Both the position numbers and the translations under genes were made by a program. 64,000 nucleotides of DNA from assembly GCF_001194135.2 (NCBI RefSeq), contig NC_068981.1, positions 110,670,535 through 110,734,534 on the forward strand. The letters run 5' to 3'. The stretch is from Octopus bimaculoides (Eukaryota). Positions 26,502-39,287 of the stretch are shown here, one piece after another. The stretch's first letter is position 1, and each line of letters begins with the position of its first letter. Below the pieces are notes generated by a model. It saw nothing but the letters and a program-made list of their open reading frames with translations, was not told where the DNA came from and did not search any database.

Positions 26502-26947
26502 ACTTCACGTCTGCTAGCACTCAGTATTATAATTACCAACCTAACCACCTAGTGCTCTAATGTACTTACCATACAGCAAACTCTCCTTACTGTGATTTGA
26601 CTTATCATCATTGCCACCCGCTAGGATTGAAGACTCTACTTATTCCTTGTCCCTTTCACTGCACTCCCCACTTCTATCATCTTTTCTAATGATCTATCAT
26701 TTGCTTCATCTACAACTGCCGCTCTTTTGTTTCAACCCTGATCTTGTTTCTCCACCACAGATTCTGAATCCTATTTATTGCAAGCACTCACCAGCGCTCA
26801 CACACGCACATACATCTATTTCTTTCACACTACATTTTTACAGTCTCATTATATATAGAAACAAACTCACTCATACATAGTCTCACACACATATGTATCT
26901 ATTTACCTATCTGTGTATTTATCTAGGTAGATAGAGATACTCTCTCT

Positions 26948-26987
<40 letters not shown>

Positions 26988-27739
26988 ATCTATCTATGTG
27001 TGTGTGTATGTGCATATCTATGTATGTTTATGCAACTCCCACACTCACCCACCCCCCACACACAACCCCCCCTCACACACACAAAAATGATATAACAAAC
27101 ATGTCGGTAACTAATTTGTTTGCTTTAACGCTCTTTATTTTGTTTTCTGTCCTTCTTGCTTTCTTCCCTTCCTTTCCTGTGAAGTGACACAGCAACTTCG
27201 ATGGTTTTACCATTGACTCAAGCTAGGCACTCTGCAAAAACGATCGACCAGCTTTCCTTCCTTCCTTTCCAAAGCTGTCAATATGACAACTTTATTTAAC
27301 TTGCCGAATTCATCTCAGGTTTCTCTCTTCCCCTTCTCTTCCTTTCTGACTTGCTTTTCCAATTCGATTGTATTTTTTTCCTCTTCGTAAAGCAGACGCG
27401 CACGCGCACGCGCAGACACACATACGTACATATACATGCACAGAGATAAACATGCTCACACTCTAATACTACCTACACGCTTACAAACTATATAAACTGT
27501 GCAGACGTATTGTTGTGAGTAAATGCATTTGTGTTTACATATAGTGAATGTGTGTGTGTGTGTGTGTGTGTATAAGTGTATGAGTGAGTATATGCATAAT
27601 ATATGTGCGCGTATGTGTATACACAAATATTTATATGTAAGAATGCTTTTATGCGTACATACGTACGTATGAGTATCGGTCTAAGGTACCACTCTATTCG
27701 GATGCACGGGCTCCGATCCTACCGTTGCCAATTACTTTT

Positions 27740-27900
27740 AGGCACAGGTGTGGCTGTGTGGTAAGAAGTTTGCTCCCCAACCACATGGTTCTGGGTTTAG
27801 TCCTACGGCTCGACACTTTGGGCATCTGCCTTCTATAGCCACAGGTCAACCAAAGCCTCGTGAGTGGATTTGGTAGACAGAAATGGAAGAGTCCGTCGTA
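27740..27900 (+). mobile_element. SINE family A, 5' half, running into (TATG)n(TG)n and a gap
   Basis: GGCACAGGTGTGGCTGTGTGGTAAG..GTGAGTGGATTTGGTAGACAGAAA. Confidence 0.8.
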
Positions 27901-27956
27901 CACACACACGTATGTATGTATGTATGTATGTATGTATGTATGTATGTATGTATGTA

Positions 27957-28015
<59 letters not shown>

Positions 28016-28531
28016 NNNNNNNNNNNNNNNNNNNNNNNNNNNNNNNNNNNNNNNNNNNNNNNNNNNNNNNNNNNNNNNNNNNNNNNNNNNNNNNNNNNNN
28101 NNNNNNNNNNNNNNNNNNNNNNNNNNNNNNNNNNNNNNNNNNNNNNNNNNNNNNNNNNNNNNNNNNNNNNNNNNNNNNNNNNNNNNNNNNNNNNNNNNNN
28201 NNNNNNNNNNNNNNNNNNNNNNNNNNNNNNNNNNNNNNNNNNNNNNNNNNNNNNNNNNNNNNNNNNNNNNNNNNNNNNNNNNNNNNNNNNNNNNNNNNNN
28301 NNNNNNNNNNNNNNNNNNNNNNNNNNNNNNNNNNNNNNNNNNNNNNNCTACTCTCCACCCCTGACTGTCCGAAACCTTCAGAGAAACTTTCGAATATGTG
28401 CCATTTCGTAGACCAACTTTTTTAAAAAGTTACAATCATTTTATTGGTTGCATAATTTCACTTTTAAAATTAATGATCGACACGAACTTATTTAATGTAT
28501 AGTTCTATATTTAAGAGATGGGGAATTATGT

Positions 28532-28721
28532 ACATTATTTACATTATTTACATTCGACGGATATTTGTCCTCATTTGTTTGTTGTTAACACAACGTTTCG
28601 GCTGATATACCTTCCAGCCTTGTTCAGGTGTCTTGAGGAAATTTCAAACCTGGGTTCTCATTCCTAAGGTATTTTTCGATGTTATTATTATTATTGTTCA
28701 GGTCACTGCTTGGAATCGAAC
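28532..28721 (-). mobile_element. SINE family C (tRNA head + hammerhead), 5'-truncated inverted copy
   Basis: It is the reverse complement of 28784-29018, from box B (GTTCGATTCC) to the (TGTAAATAA)n tail. Confidence 0.75.
28587..28634 (-). ncRNA. Minimal type I hammerhead ribozyme motif (degenerate, G8 to C)
   Basis: The minus strand reads GACAC-CUGAACA-A-GGCUG-GAAGGUAUAU-CAGCC-GAAAC-GUU-GUGUU. Stem I is GACAC/GUGUU, stem II is GGCUG/CAGCC, and helix III is reduced to the palindrome ACGU. Confidence 0.65.
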
Positions 28722-28729
28722 ATATGCCC

Positions 28730-28805
28730 ACGGGTATATGGTGTAGTGGTTAAGAGCGCGGGCTACTAACCCCAAAATTCCGAGTTCGATTCCTAGCAGT
28801 AAAAC

Positions 28806-28880
<75 letters not shown>

Positions 28881-29018
28881 TAACATCAAAAAAATACCTT
28901 AGGAATGAGAACCCAGGTTCGAAATTTCCCAAGACACCTGAAGAAGGCCGAAACGTTGTGTTAGCAACAAATAAGATGAGGACAAATATCCGTCGAATGT
29001 AAATAATGTAAATAATGT
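28730..29018 (+). mobile_element. SINE family C: tRNA-like head, (AAT)n, hammerhead-bearing body, (TGTAAATAA)n tail
   Basis: Box A TGGTGTAGTGG at 28739-28749 and box B GTTCGATTC at 28784-28792. (AAT)n spans about 28806-28883 and the hammerhead core lies at 28938-28957. Confidence 0.75.
28931..28962 (+). ncRNA. Minimal hammerhead motif with intact core but deleted stem II
   Basis: AAGACAC-CUGAAGA-AGGCC-GAAAC-GUU-GUGUU. About 15 nt of the stem II hairpin present in the other copy are missing. Confidence 0.6.
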
Positions 29019-29063
29019 TATTTAATGTACTCGATAAGAATGTCTGCATACGCAGATAATAAT

Positions 29064-29191
29064 GGTTTCAAATTTTAGCACAAGGCCAACAAGAAGGGTA
29101 AGTCGATCACATCGACCCACAGTGCTCAGCTTGTATTAATTTTATCGACCCTGAAAGGATGGAAGGTAAAGTTGACTTCAGCAGAATTTGA
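29064..29191 (-). mobile_element. SINE family B fragment
   Basis: TTATCGACCCTGAAAGGATGGAAGGTAAAGTTGAC matches the family B core in reverse. Confidence 0.7.
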
Positions 29192-29494
29192 AGTACGCAG
29201 GTAATAGTAATCCATTAAAAAGGGGGTGGGGAATGCAATTTAAACTGCCTAACAATAACTTGTAATCATGTCCTTTACATTTTCTTCCGTTGCTATGCAA
29301 GCTGAGAAAGCTGAAGTTGTGTCTCCTTTAAGTTGATTAAATGTTATTATTTGGAACTTTATTATAAACACATAAATTCGATAAATTATTTCGACATCTC
29401 CAAAAATCATATCTCGAAATACAGCATTGATATAAACACAGCTAAAATAATTCAGATAGACGTTGATCTATCGAATGAAGTACATAGAGATTTT

Positions 29495-29860
29495 CTTCTT
29501 CTTTTTCTTCTTTTTCTTCTTCTTCTTCTTCTTCTTCTTCTTCTTCTTCTTCTTCTTCGANNNNNNNNNNNNNNNNNNNNNNNNNNNNNNNNNNNNNNNN
29601 NNNNNNNNNNNNNNNNNNNNNNNNNNNNNNNNNNNNNNNNNNNNNNNNNNNNNNNNNNNNNNNNNNNNNNNNNNNNNNNNNNNNNNNNNNNNNNNNNNNN
29701 NNNNNNNNNNNNNNNNNNNNNNNNNNNNNNNNNNNNNNNNNNNNNNNNNNNNNNNNNNNNNNNNNNNNNNNNNNNNNNNNNNNAGAAGAAGAAGAAGAAG
29801 AAGAAGAAGAAGAAGAAGAAGAAGAAGAAGAAGAAGAAGAAGAAGAAGAAGAAGAAGAAA
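29495..29860. repeat. (CTT)n / gap / (AAG)n
   Basis: Direct reading. The opposite orientations either side of the gap may be an assembly effect. Confidence 0.85.
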
Positions 29861-30348
29861 GGAGCTTGCTGCGGTTGTTTGCGATTCTTAAAGAAAATGA
29901 GAAATTATTTCAAGAAGACATATAAAATCTGATTTTTGGTAGGGGACAAGGTAATTGCCGTGGACATATTTCTGACATATTTCACCTCAGCGCCGAAATA
30001 CTCAGCCTCAAAAACCAAGATCAAACTGAAACACACAGCTGAAATACAACATGCTAATACCACTTGTAATAGAAATCAGATTCATTAGGGGCTCCTTTTT
30101 GTAACTCAGCATGAATCTACAATGGTTGAGTTTCACAAAAAAGAAAAAGAAAAAGAAGACAAATGAAAAAAGAGAGAGCAGGGAGGGAACAAGAGTGACT
30201 TGCAAATCGAATGGTTAGTTATCTTTTTACTCTAAACCACTGTCCGGAGAGTGTTTCCAAAATGCGAACCTTGAAACATGTAGTGTCCAAAGAAATGTAG
30301 CATACAGATTCATAGAATGTAAGGTGGTGATGATGGGAAGCATAGAAT

Positions 30349-30562
30349 CTTTTCTACTCTAGGCACAAGGCCCGAAATTTGGGGGCAGAGGGCAAGTCGA
30401 TTAGATCGACCCAGTACGCAATTGGTACTTAATTTATCGACCTCAAAAGGATGGAAGGCAAAGTCGACCTCAGCAGGATTTGAACTCAGAACGTAAAGAC
30501 AGAAGAAATACCGCTAAACATTTCGCCCGGCGTGCTAACGTTTCTGCCAGCTCACCGCCTTG
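30349..30562 (-). mobile_element. SINE family B, full length, with 12-bp TSD
   Basis: Complete head and core. GAAGCATAGAAT is repeated at 30337-30348 and 30567-30578. Confidence 0.9.
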
Positions 30563-31223
30563 ACGAGAAGCATAGAATAATGATTACAAGGGAGGACGTG
30601 TAATTTTCTTGAATGCTGCATTGCCTCTTTCGACTAGAAAATAAATAAAAGTCCAATCCATTTTAAAATTTATCCATATAGCTACCTAACATTTTATCGA
30701 TTTCTGAATCTGGTTACACAGACGCGTATATGCGTTCACCTCCAACATGAAATGGAATAGATGCAAGTGGAGCTGAAGCTTCAGAATCCAAAAATAGACT
30801 GATATATCAAGAAAGGATTAAAAGTTTCAAATATAAGTTCGTAAGTTGGCATAAATGTCCTGGTTAACGTAAGATATGGATGGACGTAAACAGGACGGTT
30901 TGATCTTTGTAGCTTTGGATATATGGGGGAAGAGTACTTAACTTTCGGAGACTGACATGGTGAAAGAGAAAGAAATAGAGAACAAGGACCCAGACTCGAA
31001 ATATATTGATTCCAACGAAAATACTGGGGTCATTTATAATGGCTGAACGGAGAAGAAGAGAAATAAGAAATAAAGAAAGGAAATATGGAAATAAAGCGAG
31101 ACAATGGTAGACAAAGAGAATGGTGTGAGATTTGGATAGAAAATATGATCTGAATTATGTCCTGATTCGATTCCAACTAAAATATCTCTGGTGTCTAAAA
31201 AAGAACATGCAAAATAAAGACAG

Positions 31224-31274
<51 letters not shown>

Positions 31275-33265
31275 GGAGAGAGAAAAATGAAGAGGAGAGG
31301 GAAAGATAAAAATTAAGAATAGAAAGCGAAAAAGTGGAAAAAGAGCAAATCATATGCAAACCATACAATTTGCGTTTAAATTATGAAGCGTATCTTATAC
31401 ATACTTGCCTAGATAATTTAAACGCGAGACTAAAGCAGTACCGATGGATATTTCAGCCTCGGTATCTCCGTTCATTTTTTGAAACTATTTAGTTAGCTGC
31501 TTTTTTTCTCTCTTTCAGTTTTTCTCTACTATCTTTTAATCTTTGAAACACTTGAGTAAAGATTATATCTCTGTAGAAAGAGAAAAATATCTTTAATGAA
31601 CATTCTCCTGTTTCAGTGAGTCTAGAGAACATTCCATTGTAATTATCCAGATCAATTAGTCTTAACACTGTTTGAATAAATAGTATAGAGCTCATGGCTT
31701 ATTTGCATTCTTATTGTTTTCTTTTCTTTTTGTCTGTCTCTCTCTTTCTCTTTCTCTCTTTCTCCCCCCTCTCTCTCTCACTAGTAGCAATGTACAAGTG
31801 AAACTAACTACCATATAGAATTATATATATGTTTATAAACAGCGGAGGTCACCAATTATAATGATGATGTGCAACGATAATATGCACCGAATAAATGAGA
31901 GAACAATATTAATTGCGTGTTGAGATGGTCTTTTATTTATATCATTATTAACGTTGTTACTGTGTAGAATACATCTTGAAGTTGTTTGTGTACACAAGTT
32001 TTTTATTGTTCTATAGTCCATTCTGTATGGTAGTTAGTTTCGTCTGTAAGTGACTACGTTAATCAGAGAGAGAGAGAGACAGACAGACAGACAGGCAGAC
32101 AGGGAGTAGGAGAGAGTCTAAACAATTATAGAGAGTAAAAGTTGTGTTGGCCCTCGCAAAAAGGTGTTGCTTCTCCATCGGCGCCGGAACAAAGAAGACA
32201 GAAAGAAGAATGCTCTCTGAGTAGTAGCCAAGGATCAAAGAGAAAGAGATGATTTTTGGTTGCGCATTTATATTCTTCGAAACCAAATTAGGTCAGGCTA
32301 AACAAAAGATTTCCTTCTGTATCTAATTTGACCCATGTATGACTAGATAAGTTAAGCGCTCAGTTTATACTTATAAATTTCCTAGTGCAACAGGCTAGAA
32401 CAATAAGCAGAGGACCTGTAGGAAATTGTGAATTCGATTTCTAATCTCGNNNNNNNNNNNNNNNNNNNNNNNNNNNNNNNNNNNNNNNNNNNNNNNNNNN
32501 NNNNNNNNNNNNNNNNNNNNNNNNNNNNNNNNNNNNNNNNNNNNNNNNNNNNNNNNNNNNNNNNNNNNNNNNNATATATATATATATAATTTAGATTCCA
32601 ATTGAATATGGCACTTAAGTTTAGACACCAGAATATAGTATGGTATTATCTAAACAATTCCAAAAACAAGGTGATCAAAAATCAATAAAAGCAACACGGA
32701 TTTTCAAGGTTATTGCAGTATGCACGTTTCATGCAACTCCATTTATTTAAGTAATGCGAGCATTACATTAAATGTAAAATGCAGAGCAATCTTCAGCTGC
32801 ACAAGGATACAGAAAATTTGCTGAAATTTTATTTCAGAAGAATGGACATATTACTGTTGTGACAACATTTAAACAATCTAAGTGGGAAAGAATACAAAAA
32901 AACCATCTTGAAATAGCCAAAGCTAGCAGGTTAGTAATTAATTCTAGGCAGAAATTTAACTGTCCCTGATTTTATTTGTTTTTTATCTAGTGATTTAAAG
33001 CTTAAAGGGGCAACCAGCCTTTCTCTTATAAGGAAAGGGAATGGGTAAACATTATACATGGATATGGTTATAAAGATTCAACTGGTCATAGTGGTAACAC
33101 AATTTTAGGTTGTTTTTTTTACTACTATCAGACTAATTTATAATGTAGTGGGGGAAATTTAACATTTTACATTTAATGTAATGCTCGCATTACTTAAATA
33201 AATGGAGTTGCATGAAACGTGCGTACTGCAATAACCTTGAAAATCCGTGTTGCTTCTTTTGATTT

Positions 33266-33331
<66 letters not shown>

Positions 33332-34944
33332 GGAGGGAGAGCAAGAGTGAGACATGAAGAGAGAGAGAGAGTGATAGAAAAAGAAATCTTTTGTTTGTAA
33401 GGAAAAGTGGGGGAGAATGGAGTCACAAACATAATGATGACACCGATATATATTGGTCCCTTTAGTAGGCATGCTTTTTACAGGGGAATCTGCTTCCAAA
33501 GTTAAAACCTTCCANNNNNNNNNNNNNNNNNNNNNNNNNNNNNNNNNNNNNNNNNNNNNNNNNNNNNNNNNNNNNNNNNNNNNNNNNNNNNNNNNNNNNN
33601 NNNNNNNNNNNNNNNNNNNNNNNNNNNNNNNNNNNNNNNNNNNNNNNNNNNNNNNNNNNNNNNNNNNNNNNNNNNNNNNNNNNNNNNNNNNNNNNNNNNN
33701 NNNNNNNNNNNNNNNNNNNNNNNNNNNNNNNNNNNNNNNNNNNNNNNNNNNNNNNNNNNNNNNNNNNNNNNNNNNNNNNNNNNNNNNNNNNNNNNNNNNN
33801 NNNNNNNNNNNNNNNNNNNNNNNNNNNNNNNNNNNNNNNNNNNNNNNNNNNNNNNNNNNNNNNNNNNNNNNNNNNNNNNNNNNNNNNNNNNNNNNNNNNN
33901 NNNNNNNNNNNNNNNNNNNNNNNNNNNNNNNNNNNNNNNNNNNNNNNNNNNNNNNNNNNNNNNNNNNNNNNNNNNNNNNNNNNNNNNNNNNNNNNNNNNN
34001 NNNNNNNNNNNNNNNNNNNNNNNNNNNNNNNNNNNNNNNNNNNNNNNNNNNNNNNNNNNNNNNNNNNNNNNNNNNNNNNNNNNNNNNNNNNNNNNNNNNN
34101 NNNNNNNNNNNNNNNNNNNNNNNNNNNNNNNNNNNNNNNNNNNNNNNNNNNNNNNNNNNNNNNNNNNNNNNNNNNNNNNNNNNNNNNNNNNNNNNNNNCT
34201 CTCTCTCTCTCTCTCTCTCTCTCGAGTTTCTGAAAGACTCTTGAGATGCCTACACGCATATAAATGTACTTTCGCACAATGCAGTGGGAATGAATTTTGA
34301 GTAACCGTTAACATAATTGAATTTACTTTAAGGTATGGATAACTTAAGTTTACTTTTAACCTACCCATTCTTACAAACACCAAGTAGATAGTTAACTCGC
34401 TTTGTGATCATGATTGTACCAATCCTAACGCGTGCGTATGCTCACATTTTTGCGGATGCTTCAATAGTTGAGTGTCCTCGCGTCATGCAGCTTACCCGAA
34501 GGCATTTATGCATCTATATTTGTTAACGATTATTTTTAATACTTCTCTCACTGTATTGCGTGTTCGTTTCTCTTTTTCCATCTGTGATTTTATTTTTGAT
34601 CTTCTATACAAATGAAGATATTTCCCCCGGCTGACTGCTTTTCTTTCTACAAAACGAGAAGTTACATGGCGGAAATAAACGCAACTCGTTAAAATAAAAC
34701 TCGATGAGATACAGCTGCATCACTGGATGCTTCTGAACCAATTATTGCGTATCCCACCCACGAGGGATCGATGCTAGATGTGTCGAAACAATTCTCGTGA
34801 TTAATAATAAATTCTCGTATATTCCATCTTTCGTCTTTCATTTGNNNNNNNNNNNNNNNNNNNNNNNNNNNNNNNNNNNNNNNNNNNNNNNNNNNNNNNN
34901 NNNNNNNNNNNNNNNNNNNNNNNNNNNNNNNNNNNNNNNNNNNN

Positions 34945-35331
34945 GCAGGAGTGGCTGTGTGGTAAGTAGCTTGCTTACCAACCACATGGTTCAATCCCAC
35001 TGCGTTGCACCTTCAGCAAATGTCTTCTACTATAGCCTCGGGCGAACCAAAGCCTTCTGAGTGGATTTGGTAGACGGAAACTGAAAGCCGCCTGTTGTAT
35101 ATATGTATACATATGTGTGTGTGTGTGTTTGTGTGTCTGTGTTTGTCCCCCCAACATCTCTTGACAACCGATGCTGGTGTGTTTACGTCCCCGTAACTTA
35201 GGGGTTCGGCAAGAGAAACCGAAAGAATAAGTAAGTACTATGCTTACAAAGAATTAGTCTTGGGGTCGGTTTGCTTGACTAAAGGCGGTGCTCCACCGTG
35301 ACCGCAGTCAAATGACTGAAACAAGTAAAAG
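34945..35331 (+). mobile_element. SINE family A, near full length
   Basis: GCAGGAGTGGCTGTGTGGTAAG..GGTTCAATCCC head, internal (TG)n, and 3' end CAGTCAAATGACTGAAACAAG. Confidence 0.88.
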
Positions 35332-36253
35332 TGTATATACATATATATATATGTATATATACAATGTTAATTCTCTAAATGAAGTATTAACAGTAACTGC
35401 ACGATAAAGTGTAGTATATTGCCACTTAAGTGTGGCTGACCCCTAGGGGTGGATGTTACTGTTGCTTTTAGCCCCAGGAGGACATATATATATATATATA
35501 TATATGAGTAAAAATAAATACAAAAAAAGGGGTTTTGTATGATCATGTATAGAGGAATATATTATTTTATTTAAAAGAGTTCCAACTCTGTCCGTTCTTT
35601 ATGTTTTATTTATATTCTTGTAAAATTAATGTGGGATATAGAATATGGAATATATAATATAAAAATGGATGGTACAATGAAATGAAGTATTGAATGCCTT
35701 ATTGAATATATGGAATATGTCTTATTGAATATATGAAATATTGAGNNNNNNNNNNNNNNNNNNNNNNNNNNNNNNNNNNNNNNNNNNNNNNNNNNNNNNN
35801 NNNNNNNNNNNNNNNNNNNNNNNNNNNNNNNNNNNNNNNNNNNNNNNNNNNNNNNNNNNNNNNNNNNNNNNNNNNNNNNNNNNNNNNNNNNNNNNNNNNN
35901 NNNNNNNNNNNNNNNNNNNNNNNNNNNNNNNNNNNNNNNNNNNNNNNNNNNNNNNNNNNNNNNNNNNNNNNNNNNNNNNNNNNNNNNNNNNNNNNNNNNN
36001 NNNNNNNNNNNNNNNNNNNNNNNNNNNNNNNNNNNNNNNNNNNNNNNNNNNNNNNNNNNNNNNNNNNNNNNNNNNNNNNNNNNNNNNNNNNNNNNNNNNN
36101 NNNNNNNNNNNNNNNNNNNNNNNNNNNNNNNNNNNNNNNNNNNNNNNNNNNNNNNNNNNNNNNNNNNNNNNNNNNNNNNNNNNNNNNNNNNNNNNNNNNN
36201 NNNNNNNNNNNNNNNNNNNNNNNNNNNNNNNNNNNNNNNNNNNNNNNNNNNNN

Positions 36254-38740
36254 ATACCTTGTGGTATTTCATCATGGCCGATATCTGACAGACTGTAACA
36301 GACTGTAATAGACTGGCTGGTTTTCTGTCTTTTATACCTATTCCTTTGGACAGCAGCAGTTTGGCTATTTTTAGAATTGATGCCAAGTTTATTTTTAGAA
36401 ATGATGACATTTGAGAGATTTTTTGTGTTTTGGTTATAGGGATAAGATTTTTAAACCCCAAGTAAGATAAATTTAATCATTGTTTGTTAAGAATGGGTTT
36501 GAATTTCTTAATAAAGTCCTTTTCTTTGCATTTTCTCTCAATTTCATTCCGGTTGTAAAGTTTATGGAATGGAAATATAATAAAAGTTTGACGACCACAT
36601 GTTGCCAGATGGTTACTCAGTGGTATTTGGCAGACTTTTGGGATTTTTAATCTGTTGTCGATGCACCCGTGAGCGTTCCGATAGTGCATTACCTGTCTGA
36701 CCAACGTATAGTTCTTTACAATTAGGGTATTTGATGCAGTAGATTAGATTTCTACTATTGCAGTTCATGTTCGCATTGGTGAATATTTTCCCTGTTTTTG
36801 TGTTCATATATGGGCCAGTATGAATTGATCGGCATGTACCGCATCGGCTATCATTGCATTTGGACACAGTGAATGTTTGATTTTTGTTGCTGAGGTCAAA
36901 CCTTGCCTTTGTTAATAGCTTTTTCAAGTTTTTAGGTTGTCTCTTACTGAGAGTTATATTTTGATCTGTAATGATATTTCTCAATACTAAAGATGTTCTG
37001 GTGGCATGGATTTTGTGTCACTATAAATGGAATGATCTTTTCCTGTTTGTCTCTTCTTTGCGGTGTCCTTAGTTGTTGTATGGGTATTTTCAAAGCCCGC
37101 TGAATACCATTTTCTATGAGTAGTGATGGGTACTTTTGCTTTAGCAGAAATTCTTTCAGTTCCATCAGGCGCTGATTTCTGGTCTCTATATCTTCTACAA
37201 TAGTACATATTCTCCTGGCTAAGCATTATGGGATGTTGCGTTTTGTATGGGATGGATGGCACGATTTAAAATTCAAGTATTGGTGTGTGTCTGTGTGTTT
37301 ATAATATATATCTGTGGTAATGGCGGTGTTCTTTTTAACTACCATTATATCTAGAAATAGTAATTTGCTACTGCTCATCTCCTTTGTAAATTGGATGGAT
37401 GGGTGTAGGTTGTTCAAAAGGGTGTTAAATTCTTCCACAGTGTTTTGAGGTTTTATAAAGCAATCGTCCAGGTATCTCTTCCATGCTTTTTCTATAAACT
37501 TCCTAAATTCGGTGTTATATCTCTCCTCTATTTCCTGGTAGAGTTTTTGTTCCAAGTAACCCATCACCGAATTTGCATAAACGGGAGCAAACCTCGTTCC
37601 CATAGCCGTGCCTTTAATTTGGATATAGTTCTTTCCATTGAAGAAGAAAGTATTATTTTCCAGGATAAGTCTCCCTGATTCTAGTATAAATGTCATCGTG
37701 AATCTGTTGGGAATTGCTTCTCTGTGTTTGTCTACCCAGTATTCGACCGCCTTTATTCCTAAATCATGTGAGATATTTGTGTATAGGCTTACTACGTCAA
37801 AGCTTAGTAGGATTGAATTTGTTTCAGTGGTTTTGGGAAGATGGGATAGAAAGTCGATGTCATCTCGAATGAAGCTGGGTATGTAGGTACATAGTGGCTT
37901 CAAAAGAATGTCGATGAAATTGCTTAGACAGTGAGTAGGGCATACTGGGCCAGCTATAATTGGTCTAAGTTTTAAATCTTTTGGATGTAGCACTTTTATG
38001 TATTCACTTCCTTGTTCTTTTACTGCCTGTTGAATATCTTCTGACTTATGTATTTTGGGTAAGCCGTAAAAGTTACTGGGTTTTGGTTCGAAGTTGGTGA
38101 TGTAGTCTCTTTCGTTGTCAGTGAGTGAGTTGTAGNNNNNNNNNNNNNNNNNNNNNNNNNNNNNNNNNNNNNNNNNNNNNNNNNNNNNNNNNNNNNNNNN
38201 NNNNNNNNNNNNNNNNNNNNNNNNNNNNNNNNNNNNNNNNNNNNNNNNNNNNNNNNNNNNNNNNNNNNNNNNNNNNNNNNNNNNNNNNNNNNNNNNNNNN
38301 NNNNNNNNNNNNNNNNNNNNNNNNNNNNNNNNNNNNNNNNNNNNNNNNNNNNNNNNNNNNNNNNNNNNNNNNNNNNNNNNNNNNNNNNNNNNNNNNNNNN
38401 NNNNAATTTGATTTATTCCTCACTAAAGAATCTTCGGTTTCATTATTATTTTTAATATTAATATTGGTGGTGAAGAATTCGACAAGTCGTAATTTGCGAC
38501 AGAATTTCTGGATATCTTCCTTTAGTTCATGGTGGTTGACTGTTGGTGTAGGTGTAAATTTCAGGCCTTTTAACAGAAGTTGGGTTTCATCATTGTCAAG
38601 ATCTCTTCTGGAAAGATTAATTATCTTAGGATCTATATGTCCAGTTGTTTTGGGTATGTTACCTCTTGGAGTGTTTCTTTCTCTGGTGTTTGTTGTCCTG
38701 ACATTAAAAAATGAATTTTTTTTCTGTTTATGGTTTCTAT
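36254..38740 (-). mobile_element. Penelope-like element (Neptune-like), RT + GIY-YIG endonuclease, frameshifted
   Basis: N-terminal IINLS..LLLKGLKFTPTP..DIQKFCRKLRLVEFF. RT motifs FYGLPKIHKS, LRPIIAGP, LSFDVVSLYTNI, GTAMGTRFAP, WKRYLDDCF and FLDI. Linker CNDSRCGTC. Endonuclease NLIYCI..LYVGQT..RVHRQQI. Confidence 0.92.
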
Positions 38741-38744
38741 TTTT

Positions 38745-39149
38745 GTTACTCTTATTCTTTTATTTGCTTCAGTCATTTAACTGTAGTCATGCTGGAGGAT
38801 TTTCTTTAGTCGAGCAATCAGACCCCAGGACTTAATCTTTATAAGACTAGTACTTATTCTATTGGTCTCTTTTGCCGAACCACTAAGTTACAGGTGACAG
38901 ACATACCAGCATCACTTGTCAAGCGATGTTGGGAGACAGACACAGACACACAAACATATACACACACATACACAGATATATATACAATGGATTTCTTTCA
39001 GTTTGTGCCTACCACATCCACTTACAGGGCTTTGGTTGGCCTGAGGCAATAGTAGAAGACACTTGTCAAAGGTTCCATGCAATGGGACTGAACACAGAAC
39101 CATGTGGTTGGTAAGGAAGCTATTTACCAGACAGCCACTCGTGCGCCTA
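38745..39149 (-). mobile_element. SINE family A abutting the 5' end of the Penelope-like element
   Basis: Colinear with 3135-3800, including the internal (CA)/(TA) tract. Confidence 0.85.
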
Positions 39150-39166
39150 TGAACCACTCCAGCACC

Positions 39167-39204
<38 letters not shown>

Positions 39205-39287
39205 CACACACACATATATATATGTACATATATACAATACATATATATGTACAATATATATAATATATAAGTATCTATATATATAAT

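Noticed and set aside
28730-28800. tRNA gene
   Set aside because: It has box A/B but no acceptor stem closure. It continues into (AAT)n and a repeated body, so it is a SINE head.
34380-34844. CpG-containing region with a YY1-like ACATGGCGG and a short minus-strand frame
   Set aside because: There are no convincing splice sites or recognisable homology, and the single short motif could be chance.
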